NCBI GenBank assembly: GCA_965248195.1
Contig: CBDFIQ010000001.1
Span: 1 to 64,000 of the forward strand
From: Longimicrobiales bacterium
Lineage (GTDB): Bacteria; Gemmatimonadota; Gemmatimonadetes; Longimicrobiales; Gaopeijiaceae
DNA: 64,000 bases
Direction of reading: 5' to 3'
In this document: piece by piece, positions 44,098 through 53,806 of the stretch
Layout of the letters: each line of letters starts with the position of its first letter
How positions within the stretch are numbered: the stretch's first letter is position 1
Made by a program: the position numbers and the translations under genes
The notes under the pieces: model-generated
What the model saw: only the letters and a program-made list of their open reading frames with translations
Database searches by the model: none
What the model was told of the DNA's origin: nothing

Positions 44098-45198
44098 TCA
44101 CCCGTCGATCACGAGTGTCTCCGCGCCACGCCTGGGGCCGCGGCGACTCGGTCGCCACACGAGAAGCAACACGACGGCGAGAAGAAACGCATTCGCCATC
44201 CACATGGCGACAAACGGCGAGATCACCTGCCGGTCAGCGAGCGCCTCGCCCGCATGGAGCAAGGCATAATACCCGGTGAACACGAAGCCGCTCGTGCCGA
44301 GCACGAGCCCGACGCCGCCGTGCGGGAAGCGAAGCGCGGTCGCCGCGGCGGCCAACGCCAGGACCACGCACGCGGCGGCGAGAGCGAACTTCTTGTGGAT
44401 CTCGACCTCGTACGCGGCCACGCGCACGGCCGCGTCCGGCCCCGTCTCAGTTCGAGCCCGCCCTGCCGCCCCCCGCAGTTCGCCGATGGTCATCGTCCGG
44501 TCGGTCGGCTCCCGTGGAGCGCCCTTGATCACCTCCGCGAGCCGCGCGTTCGCGCGGGGAAGGACCTGAGTGTTCGAGACGAAGGTCAACGTAGCGATGA
44601 CAGCGGCAGCGCCCAGCACGGGAGCGACCAGGCGGCGGACCCCGTGGCGTTCTCGCCTCGCGGATGCGAGAACACCTTCCGCGCCCAGCCGCGTGAATAC
44701 CCACGAGACGGCAAGGAAGACGGCCATCGGGATCGTCAGTGCCAGCGTGAACGGCACCGCGAGCATCAGCACCTCGACGGTCACGCCGGCCGGGACTCCC
44801 CTCTCGCTCAGTTGCGGCAATTGCTGCACGGCGTAGTTGGCAAGCAGGATTACCGTCAGCGATCCGCACGAGAGGGCGAAAGGAGTGACGTGGCGGCGCA
44901 GCAGCTGCCGGTGCGTGAGCTTCGACATCGATGGACCTCCGGGGTTTGGGCCGTCCTCTGGCTCCCTGACGCCGACGGATCGACCCGGCGCACGGATAGT
45001 GGTTCGGATGTACCCGCTCAGCGCCAGGCGAGCGATGGCAGCGATTGCGCCCAGCGCGAAGCGCGTATGCTCGGTGGGATCAGCAATCGAGTCGAGTTCC
45101 GCCACCATCCCTCGTGCCAGCTCGCGGTGCCGCGGCGGGGAGAGTTTCACCATGCGCTCGACGATGCGCTCGAGCGCGAGGGGAGAGCGTCGCGGCAT
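44098..45198 (-). CDS. Membrane protein with an LptF/LptG-like permease domain (cassette)
   Basis: TIPMAVFLAV...RLGAEG, EIHKKFALA and AMWMAN motifs. Confidence 0.7.
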   Translation of the reverse strand: MPRRSPLALERIVERMVKLSPPRHRELARGMVAELDSIADPTEHTRFALGAIAAIARLALSGYIRTTIRAPGRSVGVREPEDGPNPGGPSMSKLTHRQLLRRHVTPFALSCGSLTVILLANYAVQQLPQLSERGVPAGVTVEVLMLAVPFTLALTIPMAVFLAVSWVFTRLGAEGVLASARRERHGVRRLVAPVLGAAAVIATLTFVSNTQVLPRANARLAEVIKGAPREPTDRTMTIGELRGAAGRARTETGPDAAVRVAAYEVEIHKKFALAAACVVLALAAAATALRFPHGGVGLVLGTSGFVFTGYYALLHAGEALADRQVISPFVAMWMANAFLLAVVLLLVWRPSRRGPRRGAETLVIDG

Positions 45199-45200
45199 GT

Positions 45201-45503
45201 TCACGCCTTGCGGGTGTGGGGAGGTCGGAGCCACGACGCCTGTGCGCGTTCCAGCGCATGGCGCGCCTGAATCCGACCAGTGGCGGTGAGGCGGTACAGC
45301 TGTCGCGGCGGCTTTCCAGGAAGCTCGGATGCTTCCCATCGCGACTCGAGCCAGCCGTCTTCGGTGAGTCGCGCGAGGAGCGGGTACAGTGTGCCTGACG
45401 AGATGTCGGCGACCTTCATCAGATCGTAGCCGTAGCGCCAGCTCCTCGGCGCCTCCAGAAAGGCGATGAGCGTGCGAGTCGTGGTGCGGGTGAGCCGTTG
45501 CAT
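45201..45503 (-). CDS. PadR family transcriptional regulator (cassette)
   Basis: YGYDLMK...SGTLYPLLARL...PPRQLYRLTATG. Confidence 0.9.
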   Translation of the reverse strand: MQRLTRTTTRTLIAFLEAPRSWRYGYDLMKVADISSGTLYPLLARLTEDGWLESRWEASELPGKPPRQLYRLTATGRIQARHALERAQASWLRPPHTRKA

Positions 45504-45767
45504 GGCCTTAATCTACATATGTCGTATTAGACGCGCAAGGCCGGAGATGCTCACCCACCGCCGCCGCCACGGCGTCAGGCTCGCCACCTCCGCATTCGTG
45601 CCGGTGGGCCAGGAGCGTCGATCACTTCGAGAACGCAGCGCTCAGGCAGAGCAGCCTAACGGATCTGCGATTCTGATCTTATAAGGCGAAAGGCTGACCT
45701 CACTCGAGCGTGGCGTTACGCTGATCTTGCTCAAAGGCCTGCGGCACCCAACCCAAGGAGGCCAGCC

Positions 45768-46805
45768 ATGTTTGTCGCAGGAATCGATGCTCACGCAACG
45801 TATTCGGTGATCGCCATCGTGAGCAACACAGGTCAGCTCGTTGCCGGACCCATCCGGATCAAGAATACGCAAGAGGATCGGCTCAATGATCTACTGGAGC
45901 AGTATCAGCCCCTGGAGGTGGTCGTCGAGACGAGTCCGGCCTGGCCGTGGCTCTTCGATCGACTCCAAGAGCGGGGGATCGACTTCGTGCTCGCTCACGC
46001 CAAGCGGCTCCGAGTCATCGCCGAGTCCAACTACAAGAGTGACGACATCGACGCCGAGTTGTTGACCCGTATGCGACTCGCGGGCCTCATCCCCGAGGTC
46101 CATCCGAAGTGCGTCGAGCAGCGGGAGCAGGCGGTACTGCTACGCAACCGGGCACGACTCGTACGCGAACGCACACGCATGGTGAACCGCATCCATGCCC
46201 AGATCCACAACGTCGGGCTTCATCTGGAGCGTGGGCGTCTGCTCACCCAGGATGGACGCCAGTGGGTGCATGACGTGGCGTGGCCGCTGCTCGGAGCCGA
46301 GCGGCGTCTGTTCATCGACATGCAGTGGGAACTCATCGACCAGATCGTGCCGATGATCAAAACGCTTGATCGCAGGGTTGAGCACGTAGGCCGCAAGGTC
46401 CCCGCTGTAGCTCTGCTCGAGACCATCCCGGGCGTCGGTTCCTATCGGGCATTGCTCATCGCCACCGAGACGTTGCCCATCAAACGATTTCGTACACCGG
46501 GGCACCTGGTCAGCTACGCCGGTCTAGCCCCTCGCTCCTCACAGTCAGGGCTCCGGCCCATCCGCCACGGATCGATCCCCGCCGGGGCCAACCGTTGGCT
46601 GAGGGGCACCTTCGTCCGGACCGTCGTGAGCCACGTCACTCACGCGCCCGACAGCTGGCTATCACAGTCGTACGAACTGATCAGGCAACGGCTCGGGTGG
46701 CAGGTCGCTCGGGTCGCTACCGCTCGGCGCCTCGCTCGTGCTGTGCACGCGATGCTCCGTACGGGTGAGGTCTGGCACGATGAACCCGTGGCTCGATCAA
46801 ACTGA
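45768..46805 (+). CDS. IS110-family DEDD recombinase/transposase
   Basis: GIDAH, VET, KSDDIDA, TIPGVG and YAGLAP..SQSG motifs. Confidence 0.93.
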   Translation: MFVAGIDAHATYSVIAIVSNTGQLVAGPIRIKNTQEDRLNDLLEQYQPLEVVVETSPAWPWLFDRLQERGIDFVLAHAKRLRVIAESNYKSDDIDAELLTRMRLAGLIPEVHPKCVEQREQAVLLRNRARLVRERTRMVNRIHAQIHNVGLHLERGRLLTQDGRQWVHDVAWPLLGAERRLFIDMQWELIDQIVPMIKTLDRRVEHVGRKVPAVALLETIPGVGSYRALLIATETLPIKRFRTPGHLVSYAGLAPRSSQSGLRPIRHGSIPAGANRWLRGTFVRTVVSHVTHAPDSWLSQSYELIRQRLGWQVARVATARRLARAVHAMLRTGEVWHDEPVARSN

Positions 46806-46829
46806 GATGACACACGATGATGGACCGTA

Positions 46830-46995
46830 CCACGACAGGGGTGAGCTCCGCGCGCAGCATGTCGCACGACGACCCTCAGATTCTGATTGAGCCCCCCGCT
46901 CGCATAGCAGATCTTCGGACATCCCCGCGCTGGGATGAAACCTGAATAGATGCCTGAGTTCCTCGTGAGAGGAGACTCACCCAAGATCGGACGCG
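46830..46995 (+). ncRNA. Putative bridge/seek RNA; boundaries approximate
   Basis: Contains target-matching CGCGCAGCA and GATTCTG and donor-matching ATAGATG and AGATC within hairpin structure. Confidence 0.7.
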
Positions 46996-47207
46996 ACGTT
47001 GGTACTGAAGGATGAAAAACGGAAGATGATCACGCAGGCCTTGAGCTACAGACCAGTGGACCGAGCCACCCCTCCGGGACCCCGGACGGGTAAGGGAGGG
47101 CTACGCCCTGTTGACTCCCTTCACCTTATAGATGCTGCGCGTCCAAGATGCCGACCGTAAGCGTAGCGCGCGAGCCTGATGCCTACCGCAACTGCAGCAA
47201 TCACTTG

Positions 47208-47729
47208 TTAGGGGGCTGACGACTTGGCTGATTCAGCTTCAGAGAATCCTGCGATGACCACCACCGTTACAGCTGCGACAAGGGACTTCAGCATCCCACC
47301 CATAACAAATGGGGCGACCCCCTGCCAGAATGCGGGGGTCGCCCCCAGCATCCAGGCGAGCCTCAACCACCCAAGAGCTAGAATCAGCGCATGACCGCAG
47401 ATCATGACGGCAATGGCAGGGCCGAACCGGCGGAGCAGGCCGCGGTCGGCTAATCGACCGGCCGCTGCAGCTGCCGCGACAAAGCCCAGTAGATACCCGG
47501 CGGTCGGCCCTACGAAGTGCGCCCACCCCGACCCACCTCCGGCAAAGACTGGGACGCCGATTCCGCCGACAATGAGGTAGGCGGTCAGTGTCAGGGCGCC
47601 GTCCCGAGCGCCAAGGAGGGAGCCGACGACCAGAACGGCCAGTGTTTGCGCACTCTGGGGGACGTCCGCGCCTGGGATCGTCGCAGTCACTCTCGCAGAG
47701 AGTGCAACCACCACAACACCAACGGTCAT
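47208..47729 (-). CDS. bioY: Biotin transporter BioY (cassette)
   Basis: VPQSAQTL, G.PVFAGG and GPTAGYLLGF motifs. Confidence 0.88.
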   Translation of the reverse strand: MTVGVVVVALSARVTATIPGADVPQSAQTLAVLVVGSLLGARDGALTLTAYLIVGGIGVPVFAGGGSGWAHFVGPTAGYLLGFVAAAAAAGRLADRGLLRRFGPAIAVMICGHALILALGWLRLAWMLGATPAFWQGVAPFVMGGMLKSLVAAVTVVVIAGFSEAESAKSSAP

Positions 47730-47809
47730 CAGCGAGAGACGCCGGAGCCATCCGGTGTTCGGTGCGGTGGTGTGTGGTGGTGTTTCGATGCTCCCCCCTC
47801 AGCCCAGCC

Positions 47810-47911
47810 CCCTAACGTCTCTGCGATTCTGCTGCGTGGCTAATGTGGTGACCGCAAGCGAAGCGCGCGAGCCTCAAAGCCTACCGCGACAGTAGCAATC
47901 GCTTGTTGGAT
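47810..47911 (-). other. attC site (102 bp)
   Basis: ATCCAAC-AAGCG-ATTGCTACTG...GCAGCAGAATCGCAGAGAC-GTTAGGG. Confidence 0.88.
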
Positions 47912-47945
47912 GGCCCTTCGGGACGTCGTACTAAGCCGGACGCAC

Positions 47946-48401
47946 TCAGCCTGGTGCTGCCAGAACGTACGCGCGCGCGCTTCTTACGCGATCTCCAGAC
48001 CATTCGATGATCTCAGTGGCGAGCCCAGGACGGTCTTGGGTGCCGATGAGGAACTCGTACTCCACAACCGAAGTGGATTGGGTCTCAAGTACCCAGGTGA
48101 CCCTGTACCTCAGCGTGCCCTTGACCGGAGCGTAGGACGCAACGAATTCTCGGATGGCGGCGGCCCCTCGCACCGTAGCATCAGTGACGTCCGGTACACG
48201 TCCGATGACGCCAGGACCCCGATGTGTGCCGCCCTCGAGGTACTGCTGGCTTACCGATTCCGGATCAAGGCTTACCCATGCCCCTAGATAGGACTGCAGG
48301 CGCTCGCTCACCGCAACGCTTGTCTCGAGCTGTTCGCGCACCGGCTACGCCAGGGCCATGACCGGCGGGAGGACTACAAGAACCTTGTGAGTGCACCGCA
48401 C
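47946..48401 (-). pseudogene. SnoaL/NTF2-like cassette gene with an in-frame TAG after a signal-like peptide
   Basis: RGAAAIREF...ATEIIEWSGDRVRSARAY; TAG at 48345-48347. Confidence 0.55.
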
Positions 48402-48433
48402 CTCAACCCCCCTAAGCAACGTGAACATGGGCC

Positions 48434-48470
48434 ATCTAACTTTCAACTGTACTGCGAATCCTCTTGATCT
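48434..48470 (-). other. Putative attI site
   Basis: ...CAGTTGAAA|GTTAGATGGCCC is complementary to the first cassette's R'' GGGCCATCCAAC. No attC arm upstream. Confidence 0.55.
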
Positions 48471-48772
48471 TCTAAAGCGGATCCGTTGCGTGGATGGCAA
48501 CGTAGGAGAGACCAAGAGGGCCCGACAGACCCGGTGCAGTCCGCCGCTTGTGGCTTCTTTGCCCTCGGGTTTGGGTTGCCCCGGAGACGTGTTGGTTGCG
48601 TCGGGGAGGCTGTCGGTCGGTGGCAGCCTAGATACCAGAAAACAAACGGGCTCCCGCCTCCGGGCCGTGCACCAGCTCCGCGACTCGAGTAGACTGTCCG
48701 CGGGATTACGGTGACCATGACACCGAGCTGCCATCGTGGCAGCGTGCTGAAGTTTCATACCCGGGAGATTCC

Positions 48773-49474
48773 ATGGACCTCAGAGATACCGTTGCGCTGG
48801 TGACCGGTGGCAGCGAGGGGATCGGTCGCGCCATCGCTGAGGCGCTGATTGAACAGGGATGCAAAGTCACCGTTATGGGCCGTCGTGAGGATGCCGTTCG
48901 GAAGACCGCCGAGGAGTTGGGACTGGACTGGATCGTGGGCGACGTGGGAAACGAGACGGATGCGGCTCGCACCGTGACCTCCGTGATCGAAAAGCACGGG
49001 CGCCTCGACATTCTGGTCAACAACGCCGGATATGGAATCTTCAAACATCTGGTCGACACGACCCTCGAGGAATTGGAGGGCGTGTACCGCACGAACGTGT
49101 TCGGCCCATTCCTCATGTCGCGGGAAGCGGCTCGCCAGTTTATCAAACAAGGCAGCGGCGAACTGATCAATATTGCCTCTACCTCAGGCCTCAAGGGCAG
49201 TGCCGGGCGTACCGCGTACGGTTCCTCGAAGTTCGCGTTGCGCGGGATGACGGAGTGTTGGCGGGATGAGCTTCGACGGCACAACGTGCGCGTCACGTTG
49301 GTGAACCCGAGCGAAGTGATGACCAACTTCGCTGCGAAGGCTGGCGTCGAGCGGGAGCTTTCCGAGAAGAAGCTGCGGCCTGAGGAAATCGCCAACGCCA
49401 TCGTTGGAGCGCTCAACGTGGATAGCCGGGGCTTCATTCCCGAGTTCTCAGTGTTTGCGACGAATCCTTTTTGA
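48773..49474 (+). CDS. SDR family oxidoreductase
   Basis: TGGSEGIG, NNAG and YGSSK motifs. Confidence 0.92.
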   Translation: MDLRDTVALVTGGSEGIGRAIAEALIEQGCKVTVMGRREDAVRKTAEELGLDWIVGDVGNETDAARTVTSVIEKHGRLDILVNNAGYGIFKHLVDTTLEELEGVYRTNVFGPFLMSREAARQFIKQGSGELINIASTSGLKGSAGRTAYGSSKFALRGMTECWRDELRRHNVRVTLVNPSEVMTNFAAKAGVERELSEKKLRPEEIANAIVGALNVDSRGFIPEFSVFATNPF

Positions 49475-49505
49475 GGACCGGATGGCATCATCGAGAGAAG
49501 GTGAG

Positions 49506-49955
49506 ATGACCAAAGATGAGCACTTCGTGGCTCTCCAGAACATGTATCTCGCCGCGCCGATCAGTGAGCTTTACCACCCGAGTATCGAAATATCCGATTC
49601 CGAGGCGACGATCGAGATAGAGGTGTCGGAGCAGTTTTTTCATGCTGCCGGAGCGCTCCACGGCTCCGTCTATTTCAAAATGCTCGATGACGCGGCGTTT
49701 TTCGCCGCCAATTCGCTCGAAAGAGACGTGTTCGTCCTGACGACTTCCTTTACGACGTATCTCACCAGGCCGGTCTCGTCGGGCACGCTTCGTTCGGTGG
49801 GGCGTGTGGTCAATCGCAACAACTCCCAGTTCATCTCCGAAGCCGTTCTGCACGATTCAGAGGGAAACCAGATCGGACGGGGGAGCGGCGTCTTCGTGCG
49901 AAGCAAGCTTCCGCTGAGTGGAACTCGCGGGTATGCCACCGGGGACGCACCCTGA
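49506..49955 (+). CDS. PaaI family thioesterase
   Basis: HAAGALHGSVYFKMLDD. Confidence 0.88.
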   Translation: MTKDEHFVALQNMYLAAPISELYHPSIEISDSEATIEIEVSEQFFHAAGALHGSVYFKMLDDAAFFAANSLERDVFVLTTSFTTYLTRPVSSGTLRSVGRVVNRNNSQFISEAVLHDSEGNQIGRGSGVFVRSKLPLSGTRGYATGDAP

Positions 49956-49957
49956 TC

Positions 49958-50533
49958 ATGGGTCGGACAATCACATCCCTGATCGATGCGGAGTACCGGC
50001 GGTACAAGGGCTTGGGAGAGGGCGCCCTGGAGCAGCTCGATGCCCAGGAGCTACTCGTGGATGCCGAAGGGGTTAACTCGGTCGCCACGATCGTCTGGCA
50101 CATCGCCGGAAACCTCGAGTCGAGGTTTACCGACTTCCTGGAGACGGACGGGGAGAAGCCTTGGCGTGATCGCGAGTCTGAATTCGAGCGGCGGCTTGCG
50201 ACGCCGGCCGAGGTCCGGGCCGAATGGGAGAAGGGGTGGGGGGTGGTTCTCAATGCCCTCGACCAGCTCGCGGACGAAGATCTCTCCGGTACCATCACCA
50301 TCCGCGGTGTTCCTCTCAGGGTGGACGAAGCGCTCTTTCGTTCCCTCGCCCACACCAGCTACCACGTCGGACAGATCGTGCACATCGCAAAGGGTCTTCG
50401 GGCGTCGTCGTGGAAGTACCTCAGTATTCCGCCGGGAGGATCAGCTGCATACAACGCCGACCCCGCGTTGGAGAAGGCCGCTGGCCATGCCCAAGCCCTC
50501 GAGCGACCTCAGTCTGGCTCGAGCGGTGGCTGA
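49958..50533 (+). CDS. DUF1572/DinB-like protein
   Basis: NSVATIVWHIAGNL.SRFTDFL..DGEKPWRDRE; YHVGQI. Confidence 0.85.
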   Translation: MGRTITSLIDAEYRRYKGLGEGALEQLDAQELLVDAEGVNSVATIVWHIAGNLESRFTDFLETDGEKPWRDRESEFERRLATPAEVRAEWEKGWGVVLNALDQLADEDLSGTITIRGVPLRVDEALFRSLAHTSYHVGQIVHIAKGLRASSWKYLSIPPGGSAAYNADPALEKAAGHAQALERPQSGSSGG

Positions 50534-50606
50534 GGTTTTCGTGGAGCACGCCGGAGCGTAACATTCGCTCCACATCGATTCTTCCCCGCCATATCCGGGA
50601 GGGCCC

Positions 50607-51930
50607 ATGCAGGGTCTCATGATGAACCGGCAGTTGCTCATTTCTTCCCTTGTCGAGCACGGGGCCACGGCACATCACGATCGCGAGATCGTGTCGCGGA
50701 CCGTGGAGGGTCCGATCCATCGGTACACCTACGCGGATCTTCGGCGCCGCAGCAAGCAGTTGGCCGGCGTCCTCACCACACTTGGGGTGAATGCGGGAGA
50801 TCGGATCGCGACGCTGGCATGGAATGGATACAGGCACGTGGAGCTTTATTTCGGCGTTTCCGGGATGGAAGCCATCTGCCACACGCTCAACCCGAGACTC
50901 CACCCCTCACAGTTGAGCTACATCCTCAATCACGCAGAGGACCAATATCTATTTGTCGATCTCACCTTCGTACCCCTAGTCGAGGCGATAGCCGAGCACT
51001 TGAAGACGGTGAAAGGCGTCGTGGTCATGACGGACGCCGCTCACATGCCGGAGTCGGGGTTGTCGAACCTGCTGTGTTATGAGGATCTCCTGAGTGCCGA
51101 GGGGGACGACTTCGTGTGGCCGGAGTTCGATGAAAACACCGCTTCTTCGCTTTGTTACACCTCCGGAACTACGGGACATCCCAAGGGCGTGCTGTACAGT
51201 CATCGGTCCAGCGTGCTCCACGCGTTCTGCATCTCGCTCCCCGCCGTTCTGGAGCTTTCGGAATCCGAAGCGTTCTTGCCGGTCGTGCCCATGTTTCACG
51301 TCAATGCCTGGGGAACTCCCTATGCCGCGCCCATGACCGGCACCAAGCTCGTAATGCCAGGTCCCGCCTTGGACGGCGCCAGCCTCACCGAGCTGATGCG
51401 TGAAGAAGGCGTCACCAGTACGGCCGGCGTACCTACGGTTTGGGCGGGACTGCTGGACTATTGGCGCGAGCATGATACCAGTGTTCCTACCCTCAAGCTC
51501 ATGATCGTTGGCGGGGCCGCGGTGCCGCGCTCGATGGTGGAGGCCTTCGACAAGGAGTTCGGCGTCGAGCTACGGCAGGGTTGGGGCATGACGGAAACGA
51601 GCCCCATCGGGTCGGTGAACGTGCTCAAGCCCGAGCAGCGCGCCGCCCCCGCGGCGGAGCGCTACGATCTCCAGATTCGTCAAGGACGGGCTGTCTACGG
51701 CGTGGAGATGAAGATCGTGGACGCCGAGGGCAACACGCTGCCCCGGGACGGAAAGGCCTTCGGAGAGCTCAAGGTACGTGGCCCGTGGGTGAGCCGTGGC
51801 TACTTCCGAGATGAGAAGAGTGGAGTTGTCGACAGTGAGGGGTGGTTCGCGACGGGGGACGTCGCGACCATCGACAGCGATGGGTTCATGCACATCACGG
51901 ACCGGATAAAGGATCTGATCAAGTCAGGAG
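50607..51930 (+). pseudogene. Acyl-CoA synthetase (DmdB/AlkK-like) truncated by IS256
   Basis: YTSGTTGHPKG, WGMTE and TGD motifs; ends at KDLIKSG where the IS begins. Confidence 0.88.
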
Positions 51931-53306
51931 GGTAGTGTCCCTAGATTTGTGTAAAAGCGGATAAGCTGGACAGGAGGGAAAGAAAAACGGAAGCTCCTCT
52001 GTTGTTGTTCACTGTCACATGAACCCGGGAGTCCGGGTCTGCAGAGCAGGCTCGGAACCGGAGAGGAGCTTCCGATGCAAGAGATTGTGGAGATCGGTCG
52101 GGCCACGCAAGACGAGCTACGCGATGATTTGCGCGAGCTGTTTCAAGGCGCGATCCGGCTGACGCTCGAGATGGTGCTGGAAGAGGAGCTGAAGGCCATG
52201 GTAGGTGCACGCCGCTTCGAGCGGGTGGGAAGCCGGAAGGACCATAGGAACGGCACATACCTGAGGCGGCTGCTGACGAGCCTGGGGCAGATCGAGGTCG
52301 CCATGCCCCGGAGCCGGGACAACGGTTCGCCGGCCGACGTGATCGGCCGCTACCAGCGCAGGAGCCCCGAGCTCGACGAGATGATGGTCGAGGCGTATGT
52401 GAGCGGCGTGTCACAGCGCAAGATGGGCGACGTCACCGAGGCGCTGATGGGCGAGCGTGTTGGGCGCTCGACGGTGAGTCGTGTGGCAAAACGGCTCGAC
52501 GAGGCCGTGGAAGGGCTGCGCCGTGCGCCGATCGAGGGGCCTCACCCCTATCTGTACCTGGACGCCACGTTCTTGGACGCCCGCTGGGCCCGCAAAGTCG
52601 AGAACGTGAGTGCGCTCGTGGCGTATGCAGTGGGCCCTGAGGGTCACCGACGGCTCCTGGCCGTCACGCTGGGCGCTGAGGAGTCGCAGCAGAGCTGGTC
52701 GGAGCTCCTCGAGCAACTCCAGGACCGCGGCCTCGGCGGTGTCGAGCTCGTGATCGCCGATGAGCACGCAGGCCTGGCAGCTGCGGTCCGCCGCTTCCTG
52801 CCCGAGGCACGCCGTCAGAGGTGTACGGTCCATCTGCAGCGTAATGTGGGGGCGAGGGTCCCCCACCGCCTACGCAAGCGCGTGGCGCGTGAGGTCTCGG
52901 TGATCTTCCAGACATCCGGACTCGCCGAGGCGAAGAAGCTCCTGGGCGAGTTCGGCGCACGCTGGAAGAAGGAGCTGCCCGAGGCCGTGGAGGTCCTGGA
53001 GCGGGGCTTCGGGGCAGCGACGCAGTTCTACGCGTTCCCCGAGGCGCACTGGCCCCGGCTGCGTACCACCAACAGCCTCGAGCGGCTGCACGGCGAGATC
53101 AAACGCAGGATCAAGGCCGCCGGCGCCTTCCCGGACCGGGCCAGCGCCCTCAGGCTCATCACGGCCGTCGCACTCAGGACCACACACGTCTGGGGCGACC
53201 GGCGTTACCTCGACCTCTCACTCCTCCAGAAACAGGAGGTCGCCCAAGCAGCCTAGCCGAAGGCGAGGAGCTTCCTCCGCTTTTACACACAAATCGGGAC
53301 TTGACC
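51931..53306 (+). mobile_element. IS256 copy 4 (transposase 52075-53256)
   Basis: Same 1376-bp length and protein as copy 1; flanks are not duplicated. Confidence 0.95.
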
Positions 53307-53563
53307 ACGCCACCCAAGTGATCAGCGTCATAGTGTGTCACCAAGAAGGCATCCAGTTGGGTAATGCCACGGCCCTGGAGGAAAGCGGCTACCTCGTCAC
53401 CTTGATCGTTGAGGCCAGCGTCAATTAGAAGCGTGCTACCGTTGGGCGTGACGACGAGTGTGGCGTCGCCCTGACCAACGTCGATGTGGTGAATTTCTAG
53501 CTGCTGTCCGGCGATGGGAGCGGCTACGAGGACGCTGAGAAGGAGAAGTCCTGTCCGGTGCAA
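53307..53563 (-). pseudogene. ComEC/Rec2-like MBL hydrolase, N-terminal fragment truncated by IS256
   Basis: IDVGQGDAT, LIDAG and THYDADHLGG, then IS sequence. Confidence 0.85.
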
Positions 53564-53806
53564 TTCTACCTTCTATGTAGGAGCCAGGGGGGACAATGCC
53601 AGATTAGCCGCATGCTGTTCAATGGGCAATGAGTGCTGCTTAGCCCCTCTGTTGCCTTCAACCCCGATCGGGGACACCTTCGGGTCTAGCCCTCCTCCCA
53701 CGGCCGCTCGGTCGGTCGGGCTCCCCAAAGTGGAAAGCGATGAATCGAATCAAAGGAAAAACCGCCGCAGTCCTCCACCGAGAGGGCGCGTGAGGACCCC
53801 ACGCCC

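Larger units (their letters stand above)
45676..47134 (+). mobile_element. Intact IS110/IS1111-type element inserted in attC
   Basis: Subterminal IRs TATAAGGCGAAAGG and CCTTCACCTTATA; TG core at both junctions; no target duplication; long 3' non-coding region. Confidence 0.9.
45654..47213 (-). other. attC site (101 bp reconstructed) split by an IS1111-type element
   Basis: 45654-45675 plus 47135-47213 rejoin to CCCTAAC...GTTAGGC. The bioY TAA lies in R''. Confidence 0.88.

Noticed and set aside
34573..47911. Recurrent ~100-bp palindromic repeats as CRISPR or REP elements
   Set aside because: Spacing is gene-sized and the ends carry RYYYAAC/GTTRRRY boxes, so they are attC sites. No cas genes are present.
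48441..48770. Possible intI remnant upstream of the attI candidate
   Set aside because: No tyrosine-recombinase motifs in the frames shown in the ORF track.
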